Shown: piece by piece, positions 1 through 10,668 of the stretch | Layout: each line of letters starts with the position of its first letter | How positions within the stretch are numbered: position 1 is the first letter of the stretch | IMG/VR virus record: IMGVR_UViG_3300042453_004886 | Coordinates: 64,001-128,000 of that record | Strand: one strand, 5' to 3' | DNA: 64,000 nucleotides | Origin: a virus | Program-made: the position numbers and the translations under genes | The notes under the pieces: model-generated | Told to the model about the DNA's origin: nothing | Database searches by the model: none | Seen by the model: only the letters and a program-made list of their open reading frames with translations

Positions 1-620
1 TCTTCATCGCTTTCTGACGAGCTTCCACCCGAAATGGCATTACCAGTAAAAGAACTCAAGTCCTGTGAGGCTGTAGACCCCACGTAAAACTGAATTTGAG
101 GGTATATAGAGCTTGTGAGTAACTTGCCAGCAGGAATAGTAAGAGCTCCGTTATTGAGAGCTTCAACGTTAAGTTTTATGGATGCGATATTACTGGTTTG
201 ATCAAAGCTACCCTGAGAACCCGTTACGCGTAGCGTTGTTGACGGGCTGGCGCTGATAAGCTGAGTTCCTACAGGTATAGGACTTGAAAATGTTACACCA
301 GCAGGTCTTACGGCAAAAACTGTTCCAGTTGATTTTGTCCCTGCAGCAGGAACGTAGTTAAAATCTAAAAGCCTTGCTTTTAGCTTGTCCCCTGTAGCTG
401 TGCTGATATAAAACGAGTCTGTAAGCTGTTTTAAGGTCTCCCAGTAGTTAGATATGGTTGCGGCTATTCCTCGTAGAAGTGCGCCCGCTATAGACCCTTC
501 AGAAAAGTCTGTAATGCGCTTGTTTGTAGGTAACTGACCTTGGAGCTGCTTGTTTTCAATAGAAGATTTTATCTCTGAAAAAATGTTGTCATAAGTTTTT
601 GATTCAAACTCTCTTGGCAT
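1..620 (-). CDS. Baseplate J-like wedge protein (runs off the window edge, partial)
   Basis: Not in the ORF track. ATG at 620 translates MPREFESKTYDNIFSEIK...ITDFSEGSIAGALLRGIA...FYISTATGDKL; the DFSEGS and TATG..L pattern and position after a gp25-like gene fit baseplate J. Confidence 0.8.
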   Translation of the reverse strand, partial: MPREFESKTYDNIFSEIKSSIENKQLQGQLPTNKRITDFSEGSIAGALLRGIAATISNYWETLKQLTDSFYISTATGDKLKARLLDFNYVPAAGTKSTGTVFAVRPAGVTFSSPIPVGTQLISASPSTTLRVTGSQGSFDQTSNIASIKLNVEALNNGALTIPAGKLLTSSIYPQIQFYVGSTASQDLSSFTGNAISGGSSSESDE

Positions 621-629
621 ACTAACTCC

Positions 630-1115
630 CTAATTCATGACAACATCAGTTGTTAAAGTTCCTGTTTCGGATGAATCAGTTAGCTCATATGAAACAGTCA
701 CTTTTATCTCACCAAACTCTTGTTTAAGCTCAAACTGAATATCTAATACGTTTATTCTATCGTCTTTATTTATTGCTTCAAACAGTTTTGTTTTCAATTT
801 CTGAATAAAAACCAAATTAAAAGGTTCTGATAAAAGGGTACCCAAGTCTGATCCGTAATCAGTCCCGTTCTCAACTGTTTCAGTCTCTGTTATAGCCGTA
901 CCGGAAGAACCAGCAGTTTTGTAGCCGTATATAAGTTTTGAATAGTCTCCTACCTTGGTAGTAATTCTTCTTATAATCGATCTTTTTATGAGCTCTTCAT
1001 TTGTTATAAGAGATAGATCTCCGTTTACTACAACAAAATCAGGATCATCAATACTAAATCCAGCAACGTATCCAAAATTGCCAGTCTCTATTTGAAGGTC
1101 ACCTTGATCAGCCAC
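630..1115 (-). CDS. gp25-like baseplate wedge initiator
   Basis: 161 aa; GDL..V...E.IKRSIIRR.TT..G...YGSDLG..L.EP...I.EA...DDRI pattern; immediately upstream of the J-like gene. Confidence 0.7.
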   Translation of the reverse strand: MADQGDLQIETGNFGYVAGFSIDDPDFVVVNGDLSLITNEELIKRSIIRRITTKVGDYSKLIYGYKTAGSSGTAITETETVENGTDYGSDLGTLLSEPFNLVFIQKLKTKLFEAINKDDRINVLDIQFELKQEFGEIKVTVSYELTDSSETGTLTTDVVMN

Positions 1116-2016
1116 CTATAGTACCTCCCTGTTTTTTCTGAGTAGAAACTTCATTATCTGAAGAAACATACGCAGGAATCCCACTCATGCCTTCCCACTG
1201 AGGTAGCTGAACTTGTGTTTTTGTTTTTGATTTTGACCAATCATCTGATATATGGCTTTCAACTTTTTGATTGCAATTTAGGTAAATTTTATCTCCATCT
1301 ACTCTTATATCGGTTCCAGCAGATAGGCTAATTTTACTTTTTGCAATTAAACCAATATCCCCTGCGGATAGTCCAAATTCGTCTTTTACACTCTGCAAGA
1401 GATTTATAGCTTTATGAATAAGCAAGTCGGCTTCGTTTAACATCGTGTGAGCAAACATAATCCTTGAGTGAGCTGTATCAACCATGACAGGAGCTTCAGT
1501 TCTGATTGCAGTTCCAGCTCGTTTCATGAAAGATCTTCCAACTTTAACTTCACTGGAAGTCAAAATATCAACCTTGTTACCAGAAGCCATAAAGACAGAG
1601 TTTGCAGCTACTACATCCCCAAATTGACCCGTGCTTGATGTTATTTTTGACGTAGCAAACGACATAAAATTTTCAGCAGTGCTACCAAATAAAGTTTTAA
1701 GTTTAGTTATAAACAACTCAATTTCTGGGTAGTCTTTAGTACCTACCGCTGCTAGCTCTGTTGCTAAAATGCTATTTAATGAAAGAACCGTATTTTGCTT
1801 TAACTTTTTAGTTTGCTCTGGGTGAGAATCTTCTGCTGGTATTTGTTTAGAACCTGCGTCAGGGTCAGCTACAAAAGTTGAGTTAACAGCCTTCTCAGCT
1901 GCAGCAGACAAAAAGGTAGCCTGAGTAGAAACCTTCTGAACTGAAGTCTTAACCCCATCAGCAAAGCTTAAAACTTTGGTTATAAGTCCAGAGAAATCTT
2001 CCACGCTAAGCTCCAA
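1108..2016 (-). CDS. Putative baseplate spike-type protein
   Basis: 302 aa; late beta-repeat-like stretch IGLIAKSKISLSAGTDIRVDGDKIYLN resembles Mu gp45/P2 gpV spike ends; synteny before gp25/J. Confidence 0.45.
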   Translation of the reverse strand: MELSVEDFSGLITKVLSFADGVKTSVQKVSTQATFLSAAAEKAVNSTFVADPDAGSKQIPAEDSHPEQTKKLKQNTVLSLNSILATELAAVGTKDYPEIELFITKLKTLFGSTAENFMSFATSKITSSTGQFGDVVAANSVFMASGNKVDILTSSEVKVGRSFMKRAGTAIRTEAPVMVDTAHSRIMFAHTMLNEADLLIHKAINLLQSVKDEFGLSAGDIGLIAKSKISLSAGTDIRVDGDKIYLNCNQKVESHISDDWSKSKTKTQVQLPQWEGMSGIPAYVSSDNEVSTQKKQGGTIGG

Positions 2017-3331
2017 GAACTTGGAATATGTTTGCTATGTGGGCCCCATTAAATAGATACTTGGAGTATTTTATTCCCTCTCCCGCCAGTATTTTTATTT
2101 TATCACCAGTAGCTTCACTGTCTGCAGATAAAGCTTCTATCCTGCAAAGAACTGTAAAACATATTATTAATACAATTGCCTGAGATCCAAGAGGACCTCC
2201 TATTTGGTTAGCTGCTGTTTTCCAAGAGTTTAGTTTAGACTTAAAGTCACTATTAGTTGAAGCAGCGTTTGTAATAAAGTCCTGTTTTATAGATTGTAAT
2301 AAATCAGAAGTGGCCTCAAAACTTTTATCAACTGCATCTTTGAACTTTGGATTTGCTTGGATAATTGAACTTACTTGATCGGGGTATCTAACTGTGTTTT
2401 CAATCGGGTTGGAATCAAAGAACCACCACCAAAAGCTATCTGTTCCAAAATTTGTGGTTTCTCTGCCGATAAACATAGACATAAGCAGCTCTACTACTGA
2501 CTGTCCTTGAGGTAATAGAGTTTTAAGTTTTAACATCCAGGCAGAAGGTTCTCTTGCTGATACATTTTGCTGCGTGTAAATGCTCAATACTTGATAGCAT
2601 ACCCCAGTATCAAGTTCTTTAAGAATAGTATCTAAGTTAACGATTGCTTTAAAAATATTGTGGTCCGATTCGGTACGTAAAACATAAGCTGAAAACAGCT
2701 GAAAAAGATTTTTAGACGGGTCGTCTTTTATTTTTTGTAAGTCAAGCGATTCTGCAATCGTACTCTTGAGAACATTAGGTATGCTGTTATAACCAGGTAG
2801 TATGTACTGGGGGAAACAACTTAGCATTAATTCTATTTCTGACTTTGAACTGTTAGCAGGATCAAGTTTTTTAGAATTAAATAAACTATAAAGGTCTGAG
2901 TTATAACTTTCCAAATTTGAAGACATTGCAAGGTAAAAAATGTTTCCCGGTAGGCTTGGAATGCTTAAGTCATAATCAAGTCTTTTCTTTAAAACTTCTG
3001 GATTTTTTTCAGGTTGCTTGGAAAAATTGTAATTAACAGAGCTTTCTATTTCTGATACAGGGCTTAGCCTTGAGTCATGGGTGTAAATATACGAGCACAT
3101 GATTTCTTTTAACTGAGTACACAGCTTCGACATGGCAAGCATTGGAGAAGTTTTTATGGTGTTTAGAGCTTCTATGGAGTTTCTTGATACACGAGCTATT
3201 TGATCTTGCACTACTTTTAGTGAGTCAATATCTTGAGATATTGCTACTGCGTTTTCTACAACTTCAGAAACTGGAGCGTTTGCTTCTATTATTCTTGCTC
3301 TTAAAGCATTTGTATTTTTAGCGTAGCTCAT
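2006..3331 (-). CDS. Hypothetical baseplate-region protein
   Basis: 441-aa ORF tightly packed with neighbours; no motif recognised. Confidence 0.6.
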   Translation of the reverse strand: MSYAKNTNALRARIIEANAPVSEVVENAVAISQDIDSLKVVQDQIARVSRNSIEALNTIKTSPMLAMSKLCTQLKEIMCSYIYTHDSRLSPVSEIESSVNYNFSKQPEKNPEVLKKRLDYDLSIPSLPGNIFYLAMSSNLESYNSDLYSLFNSKKLDPANSSKSEIELMLSCFPQYILPGYNSIPNVLKSTIAESLDLQKIKDDPSKNLFQLFSAYVLRTESDHNIFKAIVNLDTILKELDTGVCYQVLSIYTQQNVSAREPSAWMLKLKTLLPQGQSVVELLMSMFIGRETTNFGTDSFWWWFFDSNPIENTVRYPDQVSSIIQANPKFKDAVDKSFEATSDLLQSIKQDFITNAASTNSDFKSKLNSWKTAANQIGGPLGSQAIVLIICFTVLCRIEALSADSEATGDKIKILAGEGIKYSKYLFNGAHIANIFQVLGA

Positions 3332-3823
3332 CTAATCGTTCCTGCTAGGAGGGATTTCTTGTCCTGTGCGGTTAAAAACTCGGCCAGCCAAGTCTTTTGC
3401 AAGATGCTGGGGGTGAGGAGAAGCCGGCAACAGCGATTGTATATGTTCTCCTGCCTTGCTTACGATTTCGTCTGTAGATTTGATCAAAGGAACTTCGTGC
3501 CCAAGGTGAGAAAGTCTATCTTCTAGCAAATTACCAAGTTCTGGTAGTTTAAGTAACTTACTTGGATCAAATTCTTTAAGAGCGGTTTCAAATTTTTTAT
3601 TTAAACCTTCTATCTGCTCATTAATAAAATTTTTTCCAGTTTTTAGTAATTCTTCTTGACCGTACATTTTATAAGAGGACACTAACTGATCAGCAGTATT
3701 TTTTACTATAGTTGATTGATCCCCAAGCAAGTTTGAAGTGTACTTATGGGTCTCTTCCATCGCGTTAAACTCACCTGTTAGCTTACTTAATACGTTTAGC
3801 TGATTAAAGTCAAAATTAAACAT
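3332..3823 (-). CDS. Hypothetical protein
   Basis: 163-aa ORF abutting both neighbours in the operon. Confidence 0.6.
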   Translation of the reverse strand: MFNFDFNQLNVLSKLTGEFNAMEETHKYTSNLLGDQSTIVKNTADQLVSSYKMYGQEELLKTGKNFINEQIEGLNKKFETALKEFDPSKLLKLPELGNLLEDRLSHLGHEVPLIKSTDEIVSKAGEHIQSLLPASPHPQHLAKDLAGRVFNRTGQEIPPSRND

Positions 3824-3825
3824 AT

Positions 3826-5961
3826 TTACCCCCGTACAATCATTCTATTTCTAGATAAAAGATTCAGTACAAATCTGGTTCTTTCAAGTAGAGTGCTATT
3901 CCATACCGTGTCGACTGTAGGGTAGTCGTAATGCTTTGAGTAAGGCTCTATTATTTTTTGAATATTTTCATCCGTAACTGCAGTTACATCAGACAGGCTA
4001 GCTATAAAAGAATTTGCCAATTCTTGTCCCATCTCACCATTAAAAAGACTTAGCATTACAAAAACTACAAATGCCGAGTCCCACGGTCTTACGTAGATCT
4101 CTTTTTTTATCCCAATATCATCTACTAAAGTAACTGTTCTTGAATCTTTAAGGACTAACATATTTTTAAGACCGTTTTTGTTAACGGTAAGTCGCTTGAA
4201 CTCTGAATACAGATTAATTATTTCTTGTGCTAATGTTCTGACTTGAGCAGACCATACACCAAACAACCAAGAATCAATATCTGCACGACTTAAAGCAGCG
4301 TCAGCTGTATTCGAGGATCTAAAATTTATTTTACTGGCGTAGTTGTTGTTTGATACCTGCCCAGTGCTTATAACATTTGAAAGTGCATAGTCATTGTTTT
4401 CCCATTTGGATGATTTTATTAACCTCAAGTAATTTATGTTATGAGAAATCAATCCACCGTATTCTGAATAATCTTCTGACAAGGTAGAGTAATCTAATAA
4501 ATACTGGGCATACTTGGTTTTTTGAGTAGAGCTAAACAAAGAGTTATTTGTTAACGAATCCTCTAAAAAACCAAACATGTTTGGTATTGCTATAACGTTT
4601 GTTTTATTGTCTTCTTCGCTATACGTATAAACAGTTATTGCCTTATTAGCTAGATACTCTCTTAAAAGATTACTATGACTATTTTGAAGGATAGAAAGAC
4701 GTAGTACTGCTATAAGAGAAGCTAACGAATTACTAGACTTAGAAGAATTGCTGGATGCTGGCTGTTGTATATCATCAAAAACAAAATTCAGACTTTGTGT
4801 AAAGCTAGTTGAAAAGGGATCAAGTAGGTTTGTAAAAGCAGCACAGAAAGAAGCAGATAGTTTCTTTTCTATCTGAAAAGTGTTATCAGAAGAGTTATTT
4901 AGCTCATCTAATAAATTACTGTTTTTTGACTCTTTATTTTCGAAGAAAGAATCCGAATAAGTAGAACTTTTTATAAAACCAAAATGCTTTCCAGACTTCC
5001 AATCTTTAAGTTCAGAATTAGCCAGCGTTGTAACAAACATGGGTATTTGGTAATTTTTTGTATCTACTCCACTTTCTGTACTTGCAGATACTGAGTTTGA
5101 AACTATCCCATGAACTACTTTTACAGAGGGCTCTTTAACACTTACTTTGTTTTGTTCTGCTAGCTTTTTTGTAACTTTCTTCAAAGACTTTATCTGCGGC
5201 TCATTTGAGCCCATCGAAGATGATGAAACATCTTTAGCGAGGTTGTGTACCTCGTCACCAAACGTGGCTAGATTGCCCGATTCGCCGTCGTTTACCCATA
5301 TGCCATACCCTGCAGGGTTACTGACTTTTTGGGCCTCTTTAATGAGCTCTGGGGTGATATTTGAAACGTTGTCTAGCAGTAGTCGGTATTTATCGTGAGT
5401 TGTAGAGAAAATATGAGCGCCGCGGGGATTCTGGCTAACAGGAGCAAACTTGTAACCTGGAAAACTCTCGGAACCTGTGAAATTTATTTCGTTGCTTGCT
5501 CCTGTCAAGAACGCTATTCTAGCGGGTTGATCTGGTTTATTTTCTATGTAAATTACAGATTTATCTTCATTTGATCCCGAGTTGTTTATCGTGTTGTAAC
5601 TTATAATTTTTGACTCAGTAAACCCCTTTGAAAGAATTACTGTAACAGGGGTTCCAGTAACAGGTATGAACGTAGAACCTGCAGAAGACTGTAAAAGTTT
5701 TGCAGAGTACAGCGTAAAGTTAGATCCAACACTGGTTTTAAATCTTTGGACAAATTCTTTACCGGGTGCCGTTACAACCTGAACAATGTTTGTGTTTTCA
5801 CTGCCCGAAGGCTCTGCCCCAGCAACTGCTACAATTGCTTTTTGCTTGTGAGCGTCTACTTCCACAATAAACCCATCATACGTAGACGGGTCGTGGTGCC
5901 GACTAAGCGTAGCTTGCAGCTGCTCTTGTTTTATTCCACCATGAAATCCCGAGTTTAACAT
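3826..5961 (-). CDS. Baseplate-associated protein (possible N-terminal OB-fold)
   Basis: 711 aa; starts on the hub gene stop; N-terminal DGFIVEVDAHKQKAIVAV is reminiscent of gp5/gpV OB-folds. Confidence 0.45.
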   Translation of the reverse strand: MLNSGFHGGIKQEQLQATLSRHHDPSTYDGFIVEVDAHKQKAIVAVAGAEPSGSENTNIVQVVTAPGKEFVQRFKTSVGSNFTLYSAKLLQSSAGSTFIPVTGTPVTVILSKGFTESKIISYNTINNSGSNEDKSVIYIENKPDQPARIAFLTGASNEINFTGSESFPGYKFAPVSQNPRGAHIFSTTHDKYRLLLDNVSNITPELIKEAQKVSNPAGYGIWVNDGESGNLATFGDEVHNLAKDVSSSSMGSNEPQIKSLKKVTKKLAEQNKVSVKEPSVKVVHGIVSNSVSASTESGVDTKNYQIPMFVTTLANSELKDWKSGKHFGFIKSSTYSDSFFENKESKNSNLLDELNNSSDNTFQIEKKLSASFCAAFTNLLDPFSTSFTQSLNFVFDDIQQPASSNSSKSSNSLASLIAVLRLSILQNSHSNLLREYLANKAITVYTYSEEDNKTNVIAIPNMFGFLEDSLTNNSLFSSTQKTKYAQYLLDYSTLSEDYSEYGGLISHNINYLRLIKSSKWENNDYALSNVISTGQVSNNNYASKINFRSSNTADAALSRADIDSWLFGVWSAQVRTLAQEIINLYSEFKRLTVNKNGLKNMLVLKDSRTVTLVDDIGIKKEIYVRPWDSAFVVFVMLSLFNGEMGQELANSFIASLSDVTAVTDENIQKIIEPYSKHYDYPTVDTVWNSTLLERTRFVLNLLSRNRMIVRG

Positions 5962-8900
5962 TAATCAACAATCCCAAATTTGGCGCCTACTCTGTTTGCA
6001 TTAATTTGACTGGCATACGCTGCCATTTGTCTTCTCAAGTAGGCTAAAACTTGTTCCATTCTTTCATTGTTCTGTGACCTGACTCGGCTGTCAGCCGGAA
6101 GACGTGAGTTTACTTCATCCAACCTAGTTGGAAAATAAGTATGAGCATTTACACAATATGAGTAAGCAAGCTCTAGACTAAGTCTTTGATTAGCCGTGTA
6201 ATACGGTGTTTTTCTAAAGTATGAGGGATTTTCAATTAAATAGTGAGCTACTTGAAATTGTCTTGTGTACGAAAACTGAACTCGAGCTCTAGACCCCATA
6301 AAATACGATTGGCTAGAATTATAATTATACTGCATTATACTTTCTAGATGATCTTTAATATTTTGTATCATTTCAGCAGAACTTCTAAGTTCATGTGTAT
6401 CTGCTTGACTAGCAAGGGGTACCCCAAGAAGTGCTAAAGTGTAATCAATTCCAGTTCGTGTAATTTCATTAAATCTCGTTTGCATTAAACCTATAGACTG
6501 CGGACATATCCTAGCTTCAGCTCTAAATTTTATGATTGGTTTGTTAGTTTCAATAAAGTTATTAAAATCACCACTTTGATGTATTGCTCTAAAGAACTCA
6601 TCTGGATATAAACCTGAGGAAACCTGATTTATAAATGCATTAACTTCTGTAAGATCGTTTTGATTATCTATAAAATTTCTTAGTTCATTCAAGCAGTCAG
6701 CAAACCTTCTTAAAAATACAGTAAATTGCTTTTTGGATTCTTCGTAGTTTACTCCGTAGTTTTCGTCCCAGTTTATATTTGATTCTTGATAGTCGTCGTA
6801 TGAAGTAATTTCTCCGCCAGTAGAAGCCAGCCAATTAAAACAATAACTATACAAATGCTTTCTGTAAGCGTCTCTAACATTAATGTTTTCTTCTACTCCA
6901 GCGTCTTCTAAACCAAATACTCGTCCAGCTAAACCATACGTGTTATTAAATAAATTTTCAGTAAGATTTACAATGGTATTATCTGTATTTTGTCCGTAGT
7001 ATCTTAAAAATTGAGTTGTAACTGGACATTGATCTACATGACGTGGGTAGTAGGCACTTATTCTATCCACTAAAGTAGCAAACAAGTTTGCATTTATATT
7101 TCTTAAGGGCCTAAAATCCAAACTTCTACAAGCATTAGCAGCAACTTGGCCTCGAGTAGTGCTTGAAATTTGTTCTGCATCTTTTTGAACTTGGGAAGAG
7201 TCTGTTGGTAATTTGAGTGCATCTGCTAATTTTAAATTTTGAAGCTTTATAACTTCTACTAAAAGTTTTCTTGCTTTTACGGGGTCTTGAGAGCCTTCTT
7301 TACTTACTCCAACAAGCATAGTAGTACAGCCGTTTTGAACGCCCCCAGACGCAAACATGTGAATTACGCCTTCAATTCTAAATTGATCCCCATTAAAGTA
7401 ACCAAGGTTATGCGTTTCAAGAACATGCCCAGGTCTTATATCTGGATTTAACGGCACCAATAAATCCACCGAGTGAACATCTCTGGAGTAGATGCTCATC
7501 ATTGCATTTAGTATAAGATCGGCTACAACATCTGTTGTCTTGCTGTCGCCGGTTTCATCCCAGAAATATCTATGTCTAACTGGATATCTAATTTTAGACA
7601 AAAATTTAAGAGGTCCATTGATATCAGCCATAGAGGTACTTAAATTATAATTTCTTAAATTTATGTCTCTACTTGAAAAATCAAATGTAGCCCTGTTAAG
7701 AGCTGCTGCATCAGCAGGATCTACAACTTCTCCAGCATCAATAATGCCATCTGTGTTTTTCCATATGCTTACAAGATTCTGCTTGTTAACCTCTTTAATT
7801 GTTCCAAGGGCACCAAAAGGATTACCCCTGAGACTGTGAGATACCCTTACACCTACACCGCCAGATCCTTTTGTTGCACTAGGATTTAAAAGTGTAAATT
7901 TGGTAATCATACCTAAAGTCATCCAGCTTGCGTGAGCAGATATGATATTTGGCTGGATAGTCGCCCCACTTTTATTTTTTGCTTGCCTTTTATAGGTGTA
8001 AACCCAAGGATCTGATTCTCCCCTTAGTATATTTATACCAACGGGTAGTTCAGAAAAAGAAATAGGTTCATCTCTTTCTACTTCATTGGTGTTAGGAGAT
8101 GAAAATAGAGCATCCCTTCCATCTGTTTTTGCAGAACTTTTTAGTTTTAAAGGACGGTAAAAAGCAGCCGCGTAAGACTGCACATTTGTCATGTTTATTC
8201 TAGTTTCACCTGGTTCAGGGGCAGGATTATCTTTCAAGAATTTTTCATATTTTTCATAAGTTAACTTATCCTCTGCCGTAGAAGAACTTAAGGCCAAACT
8301 TAGAGCTTTTGGGCTAGCATCTTTGTATGCTTTTATAGCTATTCTCAATGCTTCTCTTATCGTTACTATATCTTGACTTACAAGGGTAGATAAAGAACTA
8401 AGTTCTTCCTGCCACGAAGTTTCATATAACTTTTTAAGTTTTTTTGCAGATTCTCTTACATACAAAAATACTGGTCTTGGAATAAGTGTAGAAGGTTCAG
8501 CTATAGTGTAGTTGGAATAGTCAATTGGCCGTAGTGCGGTTTGACCAACAGCTTCTAATGGGTCATCTTGTTTGGTTAAATCTATTTCAGTAAATCCAGA
8601 CTCACCTTTAATAAAAGATTGATTTCCATTATTATTAGAACTATATATTGGATTTCCAGGACCTGAAGTAAGTATATAACCTACATTTGCTAGGGAGGAG
8701 CCTTTAAAAACATCAAAGTTATCACTGATTTCTTGCAAGAATCCAAAAAACCAGTGTTCATAGCCAGCTGGAAGCTCACTACCGCTGTAAGACCCCAATA
8801 TACCAGAATACAACGACGTAGCGTCAGTAAGGTCAAAACTTACGTTTGGTCTTGAAATTTGTGATATTTGATTATAAATTATATCTTCTGGAAGTGTTCC

Positions 8901-9992
8901 GTCATCAATATTTACGCTTTCTTGAAAAGTCTCAAGTTCTCCAAACAGGTTACCGTCTGGTTGTGTTTTGTAAGCTTCCCCTAAGCTTCGTATAGTCCAA
9001 GCAATCTTGCCACTTTCAATATCGCAATAAAGCTCTCTAGGTATTGTTTCTACAAGAGAAAACCACCTGAGTGCATCCACAGGAAACTGGTCAGCAATTG
9101 AAAAAGGCACACCTACACCCCCCAAGACAGAGAGACCGTTTTTAGAGCCCTGTATGTCCTTCTCCATGAGGCCTGAGAGCTTCATGGGAGGTCTCCCAGA
9201 GGGATGAAACAATAAAGTTGTGTCTCCTGGTGTGCATGCCCCCGCAGAGCCTTGAACAATCAAAGCTCTCATAATTTCATTTCTACTTACACCACTTGTC
9301 GATGCAAGGTTGGCTTTTGGAACTTTTAAAGATCCAAAAAATTTGTTATCAATCAAAAATCTCAAATGATCCCTTGCAATAACCGTGCAAGTAATGCCGT
9401 CTTGAGGATTTTCACCCCTGCCTAGTTTAAGTTCAACGGAATCAATAATACCGTTGAATACCTTGCTAAAAACCTTAGGGTTTAAAACAAATTTATTGTC
9501 TGCAGATTTAGTTATGTATTTTTCTACTGATTCAAACTTGTTTATGTAACCCATGAAGATTTCTATCTTCATTTCAGGCCTTAGCTCGTAACTTTTTTCT
9601 TTATATGTTGAGTTAGAGCCCCAAGTAACGACATGTTCAGGGTCGTAATTACTAGCGTTTAATTCAGGTACTTTTGAACTGTAACTAAGGCCAGGAGGAG
9701 GTATTATTCCGTTAAGGTCAAGAATATCCGTAGCAAGAGTAATCTTTGCAGTAGAAGCAGCGTAGTACCTTACTAGCTGTACTCTGGAGCTAACGATTTT
9801 CCAGTCTGTAAAGTTATGGTATATAGTTTGCCAATTTCCAAGAACAATGGGTTTGTCTGGGTTTTCAACGTTGTAAACCGTGTACTCTTCTTGAGTACAG
9901 ACTGCTACGCAAACAGGAACTTTTGCCGAACTGGAAAGTGTATTTCCATTTGAGTCAAGTGTGTACTTGTAAGAGTAATTTTCCCAGCCCAT
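5961..9992 (-). CDS. Baseplate hub / late-control-D-like protein with large insertions
   Basis: 1343 aa; KIEIFMGYI..FNGIIDSVE..CTVIARD and LLVPLNPDIRPGHVLE..FRIEGVIHMF..TTML are hub-like (Mu gp44/gpD) patterns; follows the tail tube. Confidence 0.65.
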   Translation of the reverse strand: MGWENYSYKYTLDSNGNTLSSSAKVPVCVAVCTQEEYTVYNVENPDKPIVLGNWQTIYHNFTDWKIVSSRVQLVRYYAASTAKITLATDILDLNGIIPPPGLSYSSKVPELNASNYDPEHVVTWGSNSTYKEKSYELRPEMKIEIFMGYINKFESVEKYITKSADNKFVLNPKVFSKVFNGIIDSVELKLGRGENPQDGITCTVIARDHLRFLIDNKFFGSLKVPKANLASTSGVSRNEIMRALIVQGSAGACTPGDTTLLFHPSGRPPMKLSGLMEKDIQGSKNGLSVLGGVGVPFSIADQFPVDALRWFSLVETIPRELYCDIESGKIAWTIRSLGEAYKTQPDGNLFGELETFQESVNIDDGTLPEDIIYNQISQISRPNVSFDLTDATSLYSGILGSYSGSELPAGYEHWFFGFLQEISDNFDVFKGSSLANVGYILTSGPGNPIYSSNNNGNQSFIKGESGFTEIDLTKQDDPLEAVGQTALRPIDYSNYTIAEPSTLIPRPVFLYVRESAKKLKKLYETSWQEELSSLSTLVSQDIVTIREALRIAIKAYKDASPKALSLALSSSTAEDKLTYEKYEKFLKDNPAPEPGETRINMTNVQSYAAAFYRPLKLKSSAKTDGRDALFSSPNTNEVERDEPISFSELPVGINILRGESDPWVYTYKRQAKNKSGATIQPNIISAHASWMTLGMITKFTLLNPSATKGSGGVGVRVSHSLRGNPFGALGTIKEVNKQNLVSIWKNTDGIIDAGEVVDPADAAALNRATFDFSSRDINLRNYNLSTSMADINGPLKFLSKIRYPVRHRYFWDETGDSKTTDVVADLILNAMMSIYSRDVHSVDLLVPLNPDIRPGHVLETHNLGYFNGDQFRIEGVIHMFASGGVQNGCTTMLVGVSKEGSQDPVKARKLLVEVIKLQNLKLADALKLPTDSSQVQKDAEQISSTTRGQVAANACRSLDFRPLRNINANLFATLVDRISAYYPRHVDQCPVTTQFLRYYGQNTDNTIVNLTENLFNNTYGLAGRVFGLEDAGVEENINVRDAYRKHLYSYCFNWLASTGGEITSYDDYQESNINWDENYGVNYEESKKQFTVFLRRFADCLNELRNFIDNQNDLTEVNAFINQVSSGLYPDEFFRAIHQSGDFNNFIETNKPIIKFRAEARICPQSIGLMQTRFNEITRTGIDYTLALLGVPLASQADTHELRSSAEMIQNIKDHLESIMQYNYNSSQSYFMGSRARVQFSYTRQFQVAHYLIENPSYFRKTPYYTANQRLSLELAYSYCVNAHTYFPTRLDEVNSRLPADSRVRSQNNERMEQVLAYLRRQMAAYASQINANRVGAKFGIVD

Positions 9993-10041
9993 TGCGCCCT
10001 CAAATTAAAATCTATTTTATTCTATAAATATAAGTATAAAT

Positions 10042-10069
10042 TCGGGGGCTTGATTAATCAAGCCCCCGA
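10042..10069 (-). terminator. Terminator-like hairpin after the tail tube gene
   Basis: Perfect 28-bp palindrome TCGGGGGCTTGATTAATCAAGCCCCCGA followed by an AT-rich tract on the minus strand. Confidence 0.7.
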
Positions 10070-10084
10070 CTTTAATTAAATAAA

Positions 10085-10642
10085 CTAGGAGTTCATTAAT
10101 TCAATACCTTCAGCGGTACCTTGCCACTGATTAGCGACAATGTTACGACCTGAGGTAGCACCGAAGCTCATGGTGTCTGTTTTGCAAAGGTGAAGTCTGT
10201 AGGTTTTCTTTGCGTTTCCACTTTTTTCGTTTAAGTACTTGATTTGACCATTCCAGCTCTTCATCTGCTGGTCTACGAAGTCTTCCTGTCCAGTCTGGAC
10301 ACGGAAGTCAATTGAGAATCTTGCTGCTCGTTTGATTCTTGAGACTTCGTTTCTACCAATCTGGTCTCCGCTGAAGAATCCAAAAGTTTCTTCAAGGACA
10401 CCGGTATTAAGCATTCCGCGTTCCATCTGCCAGACGATGTTAATTTCACCGTCAAGGTGACGAGGCATTCTCTGGTTTAGTTCCAAGTAGGTTTCAGTGA
10501 CGTTTACTACACGAACAAGGATAGAAGTAAAACGACCAACTAAAACCTGCTGACTTGCCCCAGAAGAAGAGTTATAGCTAAACACAGTTACATCGACATC
10601 AAACCCCTGAATGGGATCTGTCATGTTTGCATTAAATGGCAT
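10085..10642 (-). CDS. Tail tube protein
   Basis: 185 aa directly after the sheath gene; beta-rich with PIQGFDVDV and W..ERG.L. Confidence 0.75.
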   Translation of the reverse strand: MPFNANMTDPIQGFDVDVTVFSYNSSSGASQQVLVGRFTSILVRVVNVTETYLELNQRMPRHLDGEINIVWQMERGMLNTGVLEETFGFFSGDQIGRNEVSRIKRAARFSIDFRVQTGQEDFVDQQMKSWNGQIKYLNEKSGNAKKTYRLHLCKTDTMSFGATSGRNIVANQWQGTAEGIELMNS

Positions 10643-10668
10643 TTTAAATATCTCCTTTACTTACCAAA